A stretch of 64,000 nucleotides of DNA. It comes from Octopus sinensis. Its lineage: Eukaryota. The notes beneath the pieces are model-generated. The model searched no databases, was not told the origin of the DNA, and was given only the letters and a program-made list of their open reading frames with translations. The position numbers and the translations under genes are program-made. The stretch covers positions 1 through 64,000 of the forward strand of contig NW_021835233.1 in assembly GCF_006345805.1 (NCBI RefSeq), read 5' to 3'. This document shows positions 25,550 to 37,890 of this stretch, piece after piece (within the stretch, counting starts at the first letter, position 1; each line of letters starts with the position of its first letter).

Positions 25550-27035
25550 TAGCCAGAATTGAATTGCATCTATTCCGAGGCTGTGGGGGGATATTAAAAT
25601 AGAGGTTGACTACATCGAAGGATACTAGTAGGGTGTTTTTGATTATTGTTTTAGGAAAGTGATTGAGTATATACAGGTCGTCCCTTATATAGCTTTTGAC
25701 ATGCTTGAGGAATGGTTTTAAGAAGGTATCTAAAAAGTTACTGAGGCGGTGGGTTTCGCATGCGGGACCTGTTATTATAGGTCTTAGTTTGAGGCCATTA
25801 GGAGTAGGGATCTTGATTATTATGCCTGTGGCTATCCTGCGTGTGTTACTTATTTTCTCACTTTTGTGTATCTTAGGAATACCATAGAATTGACTGGAAT
25901 TACTTTTGAAGTTGGTCATATAATCATATTACTTGTCGGTGAACCATTCTCTGTATAGGTTTAACATAGTTTTTAGATTTCTCATTATTTTCTGCTGACT
26001 GTAATGTTGGACCTTTTCATAATATATTGTGTCTTCTAATATGGATAGTACTATACTTATATAGTATACCGTGTTATTTCGTCTGCAGCTACGTTCTGAG
26101 TTCAAATTCCGCCGAGGTCGACTTTGCCTTTCATCCTTTCGAGGTCGATAAATAAAGTACCAGTTTCGCATTGGGGTCGATGTAATCGACTTAATCCCTT
26201 TGTCTGTCCTCGTTTGTCTCCTCTATGTTTAGCCCCTTGTGGGCAATAAAGAAATAAAGAAATATATATAGTATACCATGTCCTTTAAGACAACTGCACT
26301 CTCTTTATCAGCCTCTTTGATTGTTATTGTTTTATCATCTTTTAATTTGTTCTGCTCAACCCATTCTTTTTTTGCTGAAGTTTGGCTTCTGTTTTCGTTT
26401 GTGCATGTGTTGATATGGGTAATCGGTAATGTATTAACAGAAATGGTCAAGAATTTTGTTCTTGCCTTTTGATGGGGTGTAGTTACTTCTGTTTCGGACT
26501 AACGATTCGTCTCCGTTGTATTTGTCGTATAGTCCCTCAGCGAGTCGTAATTTTCTACAGAATTCCGTAACGTCTTCTTTCGTTTCGTTGTAGTTGGAGC
26601 GTTGAGGTGGGGTGCAAACTTGAGCCCTTTTGGAGAGTATATTGATTTGGTTTGCTGTTAGTTCTTTGTGAGTTAGATTGATGATTTTTATCACTTTTGG
26701 TCCCTCCTGTCTGTGTTTGCGTTTTGGGTCTAAAATATGATTGGGGTGATTGGGACGGTAGCCGTTATATATTTGTTCCATATTGTTGTGGAGTACTCTG
26801 TTGTAGTGACTTATGGTGCGGGTTCTTGGAAAAGTATTGAAAAGTATGTCTCTGTATCCCATGTTTGGATGTGGTGTTTTAGGGGGCCGTCGTTGGTAAT
26901 TGTTACGCGTGGTACGGGTTTGTTGTGTGTGGTTGTTTAGTGGATTGTTGGAACGAAAATTCCGTTGGTAACTCCTTATGTTTTTGAAAACTATGGAAAT
27001 TTTAAAACAAAACAGTTCAGTTAATTTTTCCACAA
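25550..27035 (-). mobile_element. Penelope-like element RT fragment, interrupted by a SINE
   Basis: IINLTHKELT, EFCRKLRLAE, IKEADK, FYGIPKIHK, LRPIITGP, KSYIRD, LVSFDVVNLY motifs typical of PLE RT. Confidence 0.85.
26071..26264 (+). mobile_element. 5'-truncated SINE family A with 13-bp TSD
   Basis: TATATAGTATACC at 26058-26070 and 26265-26277. Confidence 0.85.
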
Positions 27036-28409
27036 TTTAATTGTTTTTCATGCTTTAGTCTAAGTTGAAAAAGTCGCAATGACTGAAACCAGTACTAAAA
27101 TGTTCTTTATGATAAGATTATTTTAGCATTTTCTATCTTTTCTTATTTTCCTTATATAAGTATTCCATACTTTCAGGGTCAATAAAATAATTACCGGTTG
27201 ATCACTGGGGTCGATGGAATCAACTTACCCCTTCTCTCGAAATTGCTAGCCTTAAAGTTTTCAAATCGATTTTATATGCAGCTGTGTAACAACAGATTTG
27301 AAAAACAAAAACGTTGAATTTCTTTAAATCGCATACAGTCATTTTAGAAATTTTAATATTTTCTCGTTTTCTATGAGAAAGTCATGAGTCTATTGTAATC
27401 GAAACCAAGTGACAAAGTAGCAGAGTTACAATTTAAAAACAAGAGCACTCAGAGAGAACAAGCCTCCGCTAAGTCAACACCAACGTCCTCTCAACGAGTA
27501 GCTGGAGATCGTTTTTAAAATGCAAATATCTGAAATAAACTCGACTGCTCTCATAAACGAGAATACTAAAAATGAACTTGACTGCTCTAAAAAATTAAGT
27601 AAAAAAAAAAAAACAGGAAAAATAATCCATAATCCTTGTCCGGTACTGGATCGGTCCCAAAGCCTAATCAGTTCGTGCCAGTCACAAAGCCAAAGATCCC
27701 TAAAAGTTTCATCCGAATCTATCCAACAGTTCTTGAGATATCTTGTCCACGAACAAACCAACAGACAAACAAACACGACTGAAACAATACCTTCGCCTCA
27801 GCCGTATAGTTGTAAACGGTTTATTGTAGGGGAAGCAACTCTCTTCTGAAATTTATTAAAACTTACACTAGTTATTTCCCTTTACAGTCGTCTTTCACTG
27901 AGTTTTTTTTCTTTGGTCTATCTCTACCCTCATTGATTTCTTGCGACGTTTCGCATCCGAAGACATCTAACGTAATTAACAATACGACTGAAGATAGAAA
28001 AATGGATGCATGTGCTCATTTAAGGAGTTCTTGCTCCATCTTCAGTACCACATCGAACCCATTAACCATCCACGAACACTTTGCTTAAATAGCCACTAAA
28101 TATAAAAGTGTACCGTTATTGAATATACCGAGTCTTCTGCTGATATAGGCTCATCCTTTCATCTGATGATACGTTGCGGTAGAGTCGTGCGACTTCTTTG
28201 GGCATGTATTCTGGGTTATCAGACAAAGAGTTTTGCTCAAGGACCTCAGCCGTTCAAGAATTTGGACATGGAGATCTCCATTTCCAGCGACTTCGAGGGC
28301 CACCTCCCAGTGGTGTCGGGCGTCAACGAAGAGCCCTAGACTACAACAAGACGACCAAAGGTTTTTTTTTTACCAAGGTCTGGGTTCTCCCGCGCCTAAG
28401 CCCTAGATT

Positions 28410-28611
28410 CTAGGGCTTTTCAAACTTTTTGCTGGAGCGGAACCCCAAGGAAACATTCCACTGGCTCGAGGAACCCCTGTGCAATAATTTAATAGTCTTA
28501 TGCACACATATCTGCACAGGAGAATTAAAAATTACTGCCAATTTTAGCAGTTTTGTAACTTCTTGCGGAACCCCTGGACTGTATTGGCGGAACCCTGGTT
28601 GAAAACCACTG
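28410..28611. mobile_element. hAT (Charlie-like) MITE
   Basis: AGGGCTTTTCAAAC...GTTGAAAACCACTG termini; CCCTAGAY on both flanks. Confidence 0.55.
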
Positions 28612-28816
28612 CCCTAGACCATCACCTAATCACTCTTACCCGTCTTGTTGCTTAACAACACCAACAAGGACCTCAATAAAATGTAAGCACAACAGACCTG
28701 ATAATGGTGAAACATTATTGAATATATCAATTTTACGTATATTAAACAAATTCCTAGCAGCTCCTACTTACACGTCAATTACTTGTAGGGACACCGTATT
28801 TCATTATGCAACCATA

Positions 28817-29217
28817 ATCTCTCTATATATAAAGCTGAAGTTGTCTGTGTATGGCAGGTTTGGTAGCCTTCAACTAACACTATCTCCTCTGAGACCCTGC
28901 GGCGCAAGTTGACCAAAATTGAGAGTATGGTAGAAGAAGGCTTGCTCTTCCTTCTGTAGAAGAAAAACTTCAAATCGGACCATGTTAACACCAAAAATTA
29001 TTTACATCAAAAAGGTGCTTTTTTTCTATGAAAATCCTTATTTTTTACGATTTTTTTTACTGCTGTGTCGCCATTTTTCGGTGTATTTCAACCAGAAAAA
29101 TGTTCACTTTAAGAGAATAACAAGCTACGTAATGCAAAATCTTTACTTTTCAAAAATTCCAATTCTAAAGGGTCGAAAAGAAAACAAACCCGAGCAACGC
29201 CGGGCGATACTGCTAGT
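28817..29217 (-). mobile_element. HINE-like non-autonomous element
   Basis: Reverse complement of the ACTAGCAGTATCGCCCGGCGTTGCTCGGG terminus at 29217; ATCTCTCTATATATAAAG at the other end. Confidence 0.6.
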
Positions 29218-30019
29218 ATAGTTTACAGCGTTCAATATACTTTGTAGCGTATTGTGGTTGCGTAAGGAAACTCTGTGTAATTAATGAGTTTATTTGCTGA
29301 GGTTCGAGGTTGATACACTTGACATCTTGATCTTCCGTAGGTTGGCGATTGGGAATATAAATGTTAACAAGTAGCGAGCTCTGACTTCGATGTATTTCTG
29401 AGCTGTGTAGTAAGGCATAATACAGAAATTGGTAGAATTGTTGCAGTTGTTGTTTCCCAATGTTAGTTGATCTACAAATCAAGGCATTCCAGCTGTGACC
29501 ATCTCGTGTGTTTTTCTTTTTCTGTTACAATAAGTCTATGAATGCATTATATCATACGCCCTCCATTTAATGAAGATCATAGCGTGTGATATGAGGTATA
29601 TTTAGTCGCTATTTTTAACAGGTTGACCCCAATGAATAGAAGCTGCTTCGTTAGCACGATATGTAGAGTAACAAAAGGGAGAACGACAAGCTAATGGTTT
29701 CCTATTTCTTTACTACCCACAAGGGGCTACACACAGAGGGGACAAACAAGGACAGACAAACGGATTAAAGTGCGTAACTGGTACTTATTTAATCGACCCC
29801 GAAAGGATGAAAGGCAAAGTCGACCTCGGGGGAATTTGAACTCAGAACGTAACGGCAGACGAAATACGACTACGCATTTCCTAAATAGTTTCCTAATAAG
29901 GGTAGACTTAGGTATTTTTGTTTTTACCTGCTAAGTCTCGAGGAACAAGCAGCGCCCATGACCTTTGTAGACCACCCCGAGACCAAAGTGGCTGAGGATG
30001 ACTAATGTTCCATTTAAAC

Positions 30020-30692
30020 CAGTGGTTCTCAGCCACTTTTTATCATTGGACCCCTTTGAGTACTCTTTTATTTTGTGGACCCTCCATTGCCATTCATTAT
30101 TTAAAAACTAGTTTTATAGACTGTTGTCTCTGGGGAGAGTCATTTTCTTTTTGTGCCTTATAATATAAACCACTCACCGGTAAAATTTCCACCTGTTTCT
30201 TATTTTATTTTCATATAAAGAATCTTGCAAACCAAATCTAAAAAAACGAAATAGTTTTATAGATACTTCTTTCGAAACTCCTATTTTGTTTTTCACTTTG
30301 CAATAATAGCCTCTAAGACACAGGGCTGTCTTAGTAAGCATTACAGATCCCCAGGTAAACCATTGCACTGGGCCCAATAGTATTTATTTACTAACAGCAG
30401 GCCCCCACCATAAATACGCCACAATAATTTCGCCCCTAAGCATGTATGACTATGTTTCATGACGGCACTGGGGGCAGAAAATGTTTCAGTGGTCGGAGAC
30501 ATCTTGAATTGTGTAAAACGTTTGAGAAAAACACCTGGGTGTTTCTTCCAATAAATATCTTCAAAGCAAAATTCTTTCATTGACTCTTAAAATCCTGCTG
30601 TGGATCCCTGATTTAATATTTTGCTTGCTTGTACACCCTCAAAAATCTTATATGAACCCTAGGTGTCATATGGACCCGGTTGAGAATCAGTG
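30020..30692. mobile_element. hAT (Charlie-like) MITE
   Basis: CAGTGGTTCTCAGCC...GGTTGAGAATCAGTG termini; degenerate 8-bp TSD ATTTAAAC / GCTTAAAC. Confidence 0.65.
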
Positions 30693-31110
30693 GCTTAAAC
30701 AGTTGCAGGCCAACACCTGCAGGAAGGGGATGCCAAAACGGCTAATGCTCTGGGGAGAAAGGATTGGACATGGTCAGCATGGGGCTGGGAGGTTGGACAA
30801 AACAAGGTTGGTGAGAGATGGAGAGAGAAGTGAGTTAAATGTGTCTGAGTGGGAGAAGTGTAAAAGCAGCTGAGGCCGTTATAGTAATGACAGGAAAGAC
30901 ACCGAAAATGGACAGTACACTCGTAGATCTGAGGCTGGAGTGATTATAAGAAATTTCATCTTAAATGTTTTTGCCGTAGGAAAATTCGCCATAACAAATT
31001 TTGTTTTAAATGACCCCGTGACATTTTTTTAACGTTGACATTCAGTAAAGATTATATATTTGTTTTGCAAGATTCTTGATGTGAAATCGTGTGTTGAAAC
31101 AGATGTTGTT

Positions 31111-31562
31111 GTATTTAGGAATGGTCATTTTGCCAGTTCAGCCAATAAAAATACGCGCACTACATATTTAGTGTTACTTTGCTTCAGCTTTATTTATTTT
31201 TTACATTAATCTTAATCTTATTTCGGCTAGAGTTCTTTCGTCACAGTTCTGTGACCTCATCAGTGGTTCTCCCCACCCCCATACTAACTAAACATAGACA
31301 CACATAGGGGTATACGCATGCGCAAATGAATACATATACAATAGAAATACAAAATGGCTGACGGTTAGTAAGGAGAGACACAAATAAGAAAGAAGAAAGT
31401 AAAGGACCACTGATGCGGTCACAGGAGTGTGACGAAAGAACTCTGGCTGAAATAAGATTAAGATTAATGTAAAAAATAGATAACATTGAAGCAAAATAAC
31501 ACCAAATATATAGTGCGTGTGTTTTCATTGGCTAAACTGGCAAAATGACCATTCCGAAATAC
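31111..31562. repeat. Inverted repeat with 157-bp arms and 138-bp spacer
   Basis: 31111-31267 is the reverse complement of 31406-31562 with scattered mismatches. Confidence 0.9.
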
Positions 31563-31905
31563 AAAAACATTCAATAAAGACTTATCTATTTAATGCTTTT
31601 ATAAAACATTTTATCTTTGTTTTTATTTTATTTTATTGGTGGTTGAAGGCAAAGTTCGCACGTTGCTGCGTGGAAATTGAATGGAGAAAGTCAATCCTAA
31701 ATTGGCGAGTCATATCTCCTTCGGTTGAGAAAGAGAGGAATGGTGAAATTGAAAGAGATTCTAGCAGAGTTTAAATTAGCTAGGTTGTGTAACGGATATT
31801 AAAGCAATGTTACCCGTTGAAAAGATAGTAATACCAATAGATTCAATAAAGAACCGAACTGAGAAAGAACTGGACCAACTGGAAAGGCAATATATTGAAA
31901 AAGTC

Positions 31906-32318
31906 GGATCTTTTCGGTTTGAACAACAGTTTTTTTCTAGCGGTGTCATATGAAATTGTCACCCATAATTATGACCCTAGTATCGATCTATTGCATTTCA
32001 ATCTGTTTTAGGGTTAGGGTTAGGGGTGGGGGGAAGGGTATCTTTTTTTCTTCCCAAATGTAAATAAACCCAATTTGTTTCATAAACATATTCATACGGC
32101 ACAGAATGTTTTTTTTACCTCAATAGACGTCATTGATTGGTTGAAATTGCAGAAATTGAAGAAAAAAACAACAAATATCTTACAAACCATAGAATTTTCT
32201 CAATAAAGCCAAGAGAAAAAGATGTTTTATAAACACATTCTACCAGTATACAAAGTTTTAAAGTGTTTAGTTACGTGGAAATTATTTTAAAAAACTGCCG
32301 GTCAAATCGAAAAGATCC
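31906..32318. mobile_element. MITE with ~29-bp imperfect TIRs
   Basis: GGATCTTTTCGGTTTGAACAACAGTTTTT versus reverse complement GGATCTTTTCGATTTGACCGGCAGTTTTT; internal (TTAGGG)2-3. Confidence 0.7.
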
Positions 32319-32564
32319 CAATGCTGGTACTGTCAGATCAATGGCCAAACTGAACATACTGTTCGTACATTCGAAGAGGCAATGAAGAAGATGAAAATGA
32401 TCAAAGAAAAGACACTGGAAACTAAGGTTGACAGGTTCTTCTCTTTCAGAATTACTCTGTATTCAACAACTGAAACATCGCCGGCTGAATTGCTGTTTCA
32501 ACGTCAGTTAAAGACAGCTTTTCATTTGCTGAAAGCAGATACATGCCATCAAGTTCAATATAAT

Positions 32565-33162
32565 TATTTCTTTATTACCCACAAGGGGCTAAACACAGAG
32601 GGGACAAACAAGGACAGACAAACGGATTAAGTCGATTACATCGACCCCAGTGCGTAACTGGTACTTAATTTATCGACCACGAAAGGATGAAAGGCAAAGT
32701 TGACCTCGGCGGAATTTGAACTCAGAACATAACGGCAGACGAAATACCTTTTTCTGTATTACCCACAAGGGGCTAAACACAGAGGGGACAAACAAGGACA
32801 GACAAACGGATTAAGTCGATTACATCGACCCCAGTGCGTAACTGGTACTTAATTTATCGACCACGAAAGGATGAAAGGCAAAGTTGACCTCGGCGGAATT
32901 TGAACTCAGAACATAACGGCAGACGAAATACCTTTTTCTGTATTACCCACAAGGGGCTAAACATAGAGGGAACAAACCAGGACAAAGTTATTGTCGATTA
33001 CATCGACTCCAGTGCGTAACTGGTACTTAATTTACCGACCCCGAAAGGATGAAAGGCAAAGTCGACCTCGGCGGAATTTGAACCCAGAACCTAACGGCAG
33101 ACGAAATACCGCTAGACATTTCGCCCGGCGTGCTAACGTTTCTTCCAGCTCGCCGCCTTTCG
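32565..33162 (-). mobile_element. SINE family A trimer within a 16-bp TSD
   Basis: TCAAGTTCAATATAAT at 32549-32564 and 33163-33178; one head, three body+tail units. Confidence 0.88.
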
Positions 33163-33354
33163 TCAAGTTCAATATAATAAGGAACAAAGTACGAAGGTAC
33201 TGCATATATCACACGCTGCGTACATTTAAGATGGACGATTGTGTTCTACGGAATTTTGAAGCTGATGAACGCTGAAAGGAAGGCGCTACAACTTGACATT
33301 TGGGAGCAGTAAATTTCGAAGTGAGACGACATACAAATCGATTCTGAAGCTTCC

Positions 33355-33592
33355 TGTTATATAATCATCACAACAAACATGAACAATCAACGTCGCCCAT
33401 TGTCTCCCTTGATAAAAGGACTTTCACTTTGTTTCCCGCCAAAACAATTAACTTGTACAACAACGGCAGTCGAATAAAGTATCTCGTATCGTTAACACGT
33501 TGTTTCAGTCTCTCTCATTTTCTTAATCTTTCATACTAAGTACTCACTACTTCCTTTAATACTCAATACATTATATATATATAACAACAACA
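33355..33592 (+). repeat. 5' LTR (238 bp)
   Basis: Identical by eye to 37648-37885; contains AATAAA. Confidence 0.97.
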
Positions 33593-33603
33593 TGGTGTCA
33601 GAA
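33593..33603 (+). promoter_or_regulatory. Primer-binding site, likely tRNA-Leu
   Basis: TGGTGTCAGAA directly after the LTR, complementary to the ..TTCTGACACCA 3' end of tRNA-Leu(CAA)-type tRNAs. Confidence 0.75.
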
Positions 33604-33670
33604 TACTAAAAGAACCCAAAATACAGAAACCAAAGGAAAAAAGAAGTTGAAATCATACTTCAAAGACGAA

Positions 33671-36600
33671 ATGGAAATTTATACCGCATCCAAAAGACCT
33701 AGACTTTAATCAGGAAAATCTAGCCGCAGCATGGAAAAAGTGGAAAAAAGAATTCAATCTCTTTTTGATAGCAACAGAAAGTGACATGAAGCCAGACAAA
33801 GTAAAAACTTCAATGTTTTTAACTTGCATCGGTTCTAAAGGCCGAGATATCCATTCCACACTGGATTTCGATTCACCCGACGAAGATGAACCTTCAGACA
33901 GTAATCGAAAACGATGCATATTGTGTGAACCCAGGAAAAACATAACTTTCCTAAGACACAAATTCTTCACATGTGGACAAGCGGAACATCAAAAATTCGA
34001 TGAGTACGTAGTAGAGTTGCGCCAAAAGGCACAACAGTGCGAATTCGGCAACCTCACAGACAGTCTCACCAAAGATATTCTGATATGTGGAATCAGAGAC
34101 ATGAGATTAAGAGAAAGATTACTGAGAGAACCAAATTTAGACCTACAAAAAACAATTCAAGCAGGTCAGAGTGCAGAGCAAACACGACTCCAATCAAGAA
34201 TGCTAAATGCCACATCCGAAACAAGAGATAACGAAATCTCGAGGGTATATAGTCAACACGACAGAAAAGGCGCCAAAACTCAAATAACCCGCCATATGCA
34301 ATCCAGACATCAAAACGAACAGGGCGGAAGTGACAGAAAGCCCGCGAAGTTTCAAGCGCCAAGTCAACACTACGTCACTAACTGTCACTATTGTGGTTAT
34401 AATCACAAAAGAAATAAATGCCCAGCATTTCACAAGACATGTGAAAAATGCAAGAAACAAGGACACTATGCAAAAATGTGCAAATCAAGAAAATTTGTAC
34501 ATAAAGTAGAGATACATACCGACGATGAATCAGATGACGATACACATGCACTCGAAATGATCACTGCAAATAATTCCCGCGTGCACAAAATCGAAAAGTT
34601 CAAGACTCCAAAAGACATTTGGACGGTCGAACTAAAAGTGAACAACTCGAATGTAACATTCAAAATATATACAGGAGCAGACGTAACCGTACTGCCATTC
34701 AGAGAATATAGAAATATAATTCCAAAACCACAACTGCAAAAACCTCAACTCGATTATCAGCTTATAATAACACAGCTATAAAAGTGCTAGGAAAATGCAC
34801 AGCAGTCATTAAATACAAAGAATTATCAAAGCAAATAAAATTCATTGTTGCAAAAACAAACTCGCACGCAGTTATAGATGCAAAGACAGCTAAAGATCTG
34901 AACCTGATTCAGAGAATTTCAAAAATAAATTCGTCGAACAAAAACGACATATTAGAAAAATATGAAGACTGTTTCGGAGAAATCGGCACTTTGTCAATAA
35001 CACATCATATCACAGTGGATCCACAAATAACTCCTGTAATTCATCCACCAAGATCGGTTCCTTTTTCTATAAAGAAAAACTCAACAAAGAATTAAAAAGA
35101 ATGACAGAATTAGATATCATAAAACCTGTTAGTGAACCTACAGACTGGGTAAATTCCCTAGTCATCGTTGAAAAAGCCAACGGAAAACTCCGACTCTGTT
35201 TACCCCAAGAATCTAAACAAAGCCATAAAAAGGCAACATTTCAAACTCCCTACAGCGGAGAACATTTTTGCACAAATGCATAACCCTAAATATTTTTCAA
35301 AACTCGATGCATCTAATGGATACTGGCAAATTCCAGTTGACGAAGAAAGCTCCCATCTTTTAACGTTCAACACACCTTTTGGAAGGTATCGCTTCACACG
35401 ACTACCCTTTGGAATTCACAGCGCCAGTGAAGTTTTCCAAAAAGAAATTTCAAAAATAATAGAGGGCATAGAAGGAGCAAGAAATTCACAGGATGACATC
35501 ATAATCTGGTCCAACACTTTAGAAGAACACACAAATAGACTACAACAAGTTTTCGATCGAATCCGAAAGCACGGATTAAAGTTAAATAAATCAAAGTGTA
35601 TCTTCTATGAATCACAAATCAAGTACCTTGGGCATATATTAACCAGCGAAGGGATAAAACAAGATCCAACCAAGGTACAAGCAATCATTCACATGCCACT
35701 GCCAACAAGTAAAAAAGAATTACAAAGATTCCTAGGTATGACAAATTACCTATGTAAATTTTTATCTAATACTCCGAAGTCACAGCACCATTGCGCCAGC
35801 TTCTACAGAGTGACACGTTATGGTCATTCGACAAACCACAAATCGAAGCAATAAAAAAGCTAAAAGAAATGATTACCAGAAAACCAGTGCTACAATTTTA
35901 TGATCCAGATCTACCAATAAAAATAACTACAGATGCTAGTAAGCATGGGCTCGGAGCGATACTTGAGCAGAAACACAACGAAAGATGGCTACCTGTTTCG
36001 TTTGCATCTCGTGCAACAACTCAAGCGGAACAAAACTACTGTCCGATAGAGAGCGAAGCTCTCAGTATAGTTTTCGCATGCAAGAAATTTCATCAGTTTA
36101 TATACGGAACTCATTTCAGAATCGAAAATGACCATAAACCGTTGAAGCAAATATTCAAAAAATCGATCACTAAATGCCCCCCCAGAATCCAAAGATTTCT
36201 ACTACGTTACAACAAAGATATGATTTTGACCTAAACCACATACCTGGTAAAGAATCAATTGTTGCAGATACCCTATCACGTGCATACCTTGAGCAAAATA
36301 CTCCAGAAGTACCAGACGAAGATATGAAATCGCACATTCATGCAGTAATAAAAAATTACCCCATAACCGACACTAATTAAACGAGTATAAAGAAGCCACT
36401 GCAGACGACCCGTCTCTACAGACACTCGTCACATTTACAAGAACAGAATGGCCCCCAAAAGACAAAATACCAATAAACATCAAACCATTCGTATCAGTTC
36501 GCGATGAAATATCAATCGTCAATGGTCTCGTTCTAAAAGGTTCAAGAATAATTGTACCTAAGTCATTACGTAGAGAAGCTCTACAGGAAACATACCGGAC

Positions 36601-37464
36601 ACATGGGTATCGAAAAATGCATAGAGAGAGCGAAGGAATGTATATACTGGCCCGGCATTAACGCTCAAATCAAGGACATGATTAACACATGCTCATACTG
36701 CATTGACTACAAAAATCAACAAGCAGCCGACCACTATAAATAAATCATGAAATACAAATACCTACTACACATGGACCAAAGTGGGTACAGACGTATTTCA
36801 CCTGTCTGGAAATTCGTATGTCACAATTATTGACTATACAACAAGATTTTTTGATCTACACGAAATAAATGATTGCCAGTCAAAAACCGTAATCAAAAAA
36901 TTAAAAGAAACTTTTGCTAAATTCGGAATTCCGCAAACAGTTGTAAGTGACAACGGTCCAGAATTCAATTCGGCTGAATTAAAAAAATTTGCAAAAAATT
37001 GGCATTTTCATCACACGAAGACAAGTCCGCATTATCATCAAGCAAATGGCATGGTTGAGAGAAATATACAGACAATAAAAAAGACGCTAAAAAAGGCATT
37101 CAAAAGTGACGAAGAACCTCAGTTAGCGCTCTTAGCATTACGCACGACTAAATTACAAAATGGTGCACCATCCCCTGCAAATCAAATAATGAATAGAACA
37201 TTGCGAACAAATCTCCCAACATACTACACACGACAAAATTGGTATCAGGCCTCACGAAAAGAAGAAATCAAACATTACAACAGAACTCCCAGAGTTAAAA
37301 CACACGACACGGTTAGAATTAAGTTTAACAACAATTGGTTTAGAAGGGGCAAAATAATTAAAAAACTAGAGCAACCTCGTTCATACTTAGTAATAACAGA
37401 GGAAGGAAATACAGTCAAACGAAATAGACACATATTCTTAAAACAAACGAACACGTTCGCATAA
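33671..37464 (+). pseudogene. gag-pol polyprotein, frameshifted as assembled
   Basis: Gag WKKWKKEF; CX2CX3HX4C + CX2CX4HX4C knuckles; protease KIYTGADVTV; RT KLDASNGYWQ, SQDDIII; RNase H TDASKHGLGA, ENDHKPL; integrase HTGHMG..C..C, SDNGPEF, ANGMVERNIQT. Confidence 0.9.
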
Positions 37465-37623
37465 CAGAAGAATTAGATTATGAAAATATATTTACAAAGT
37501 CAACAAACACGCATGAAAAAACAAAAACAGCACAACTACAGAATTCAACACTACAAAATATAAAACCGCAAAAAGTGGACGACGAATAATTATTCCCTGT
37601 AGATACAGATGATATAAAAAAAT

Positions 37624-37647
37624 AAAAAAAAAAAAAAAAAAGGAAGA
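37624..37647 (+). promoter_or_regulatory. Polypurine tract
   Basis: A-run + GGAAGA immediately before the 3' LTR TGTT. Confidence 0.85.
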
Positions 37648-37885
37648 TGTTATATAATCATCACAACAAACATGAACAATCAACGTCGCCCATTGTCTCC
37701 CTTGATAAAAGGACTTTCACTTTGTTTCCCGCCAAAACAATTAACTTGTACAACAACGGCAGTCGAATAAAGTATCTCGTATCGTTAACACGTTGTTTCA
37801 GTCTCTCTCATTTTCTTAATCTTTCATACTAAGTACTCACTACTTCCTTTAATACTCAATACATTATATATATATAACAACAACA
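37648..37885 (+). repeat. 3' LTR (238 bp)
   Basis: Identical to the 5' LTR, followed by TSD CTTCC. Confidence 0.97.
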
Positions 37886-37890
37886 CTTCC

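Larger units (their letters stand above)
31640..33354 (+). pseudogene. Old Ty3/Gypsy pol relic (left part), interrupted by a MITE and a SINE trimer
   Basis: SIKNRTEKELDQLERQYIEKV (RT start, ~31840-31905); NGQTEHTVRTFEEAMKKM..TTETSPAELLFQRQLKT (integrase, 32340-32560); FKMDDCVLRNF..VNFEVRRH (33220-33340) with stops. Confidence 0.7.
33355..37885 (+). mobile_element. Full-length Ty3/Gypsy LTR retrotransposon (Mag-like clade)
   Basis: TG..CA LTRs 33355-33592 and 37648-37885; TSD CTTCC (33350-33354, 37886-37890); PBS; PPT; gag-PR-RT-RH-IN order. Confidence 0.97.

Noticed and set aside
32005-32030. (TTAGGG)n as evidence of a chromosome end
   Set aside because: Only 2-3 units, internal to a MITE
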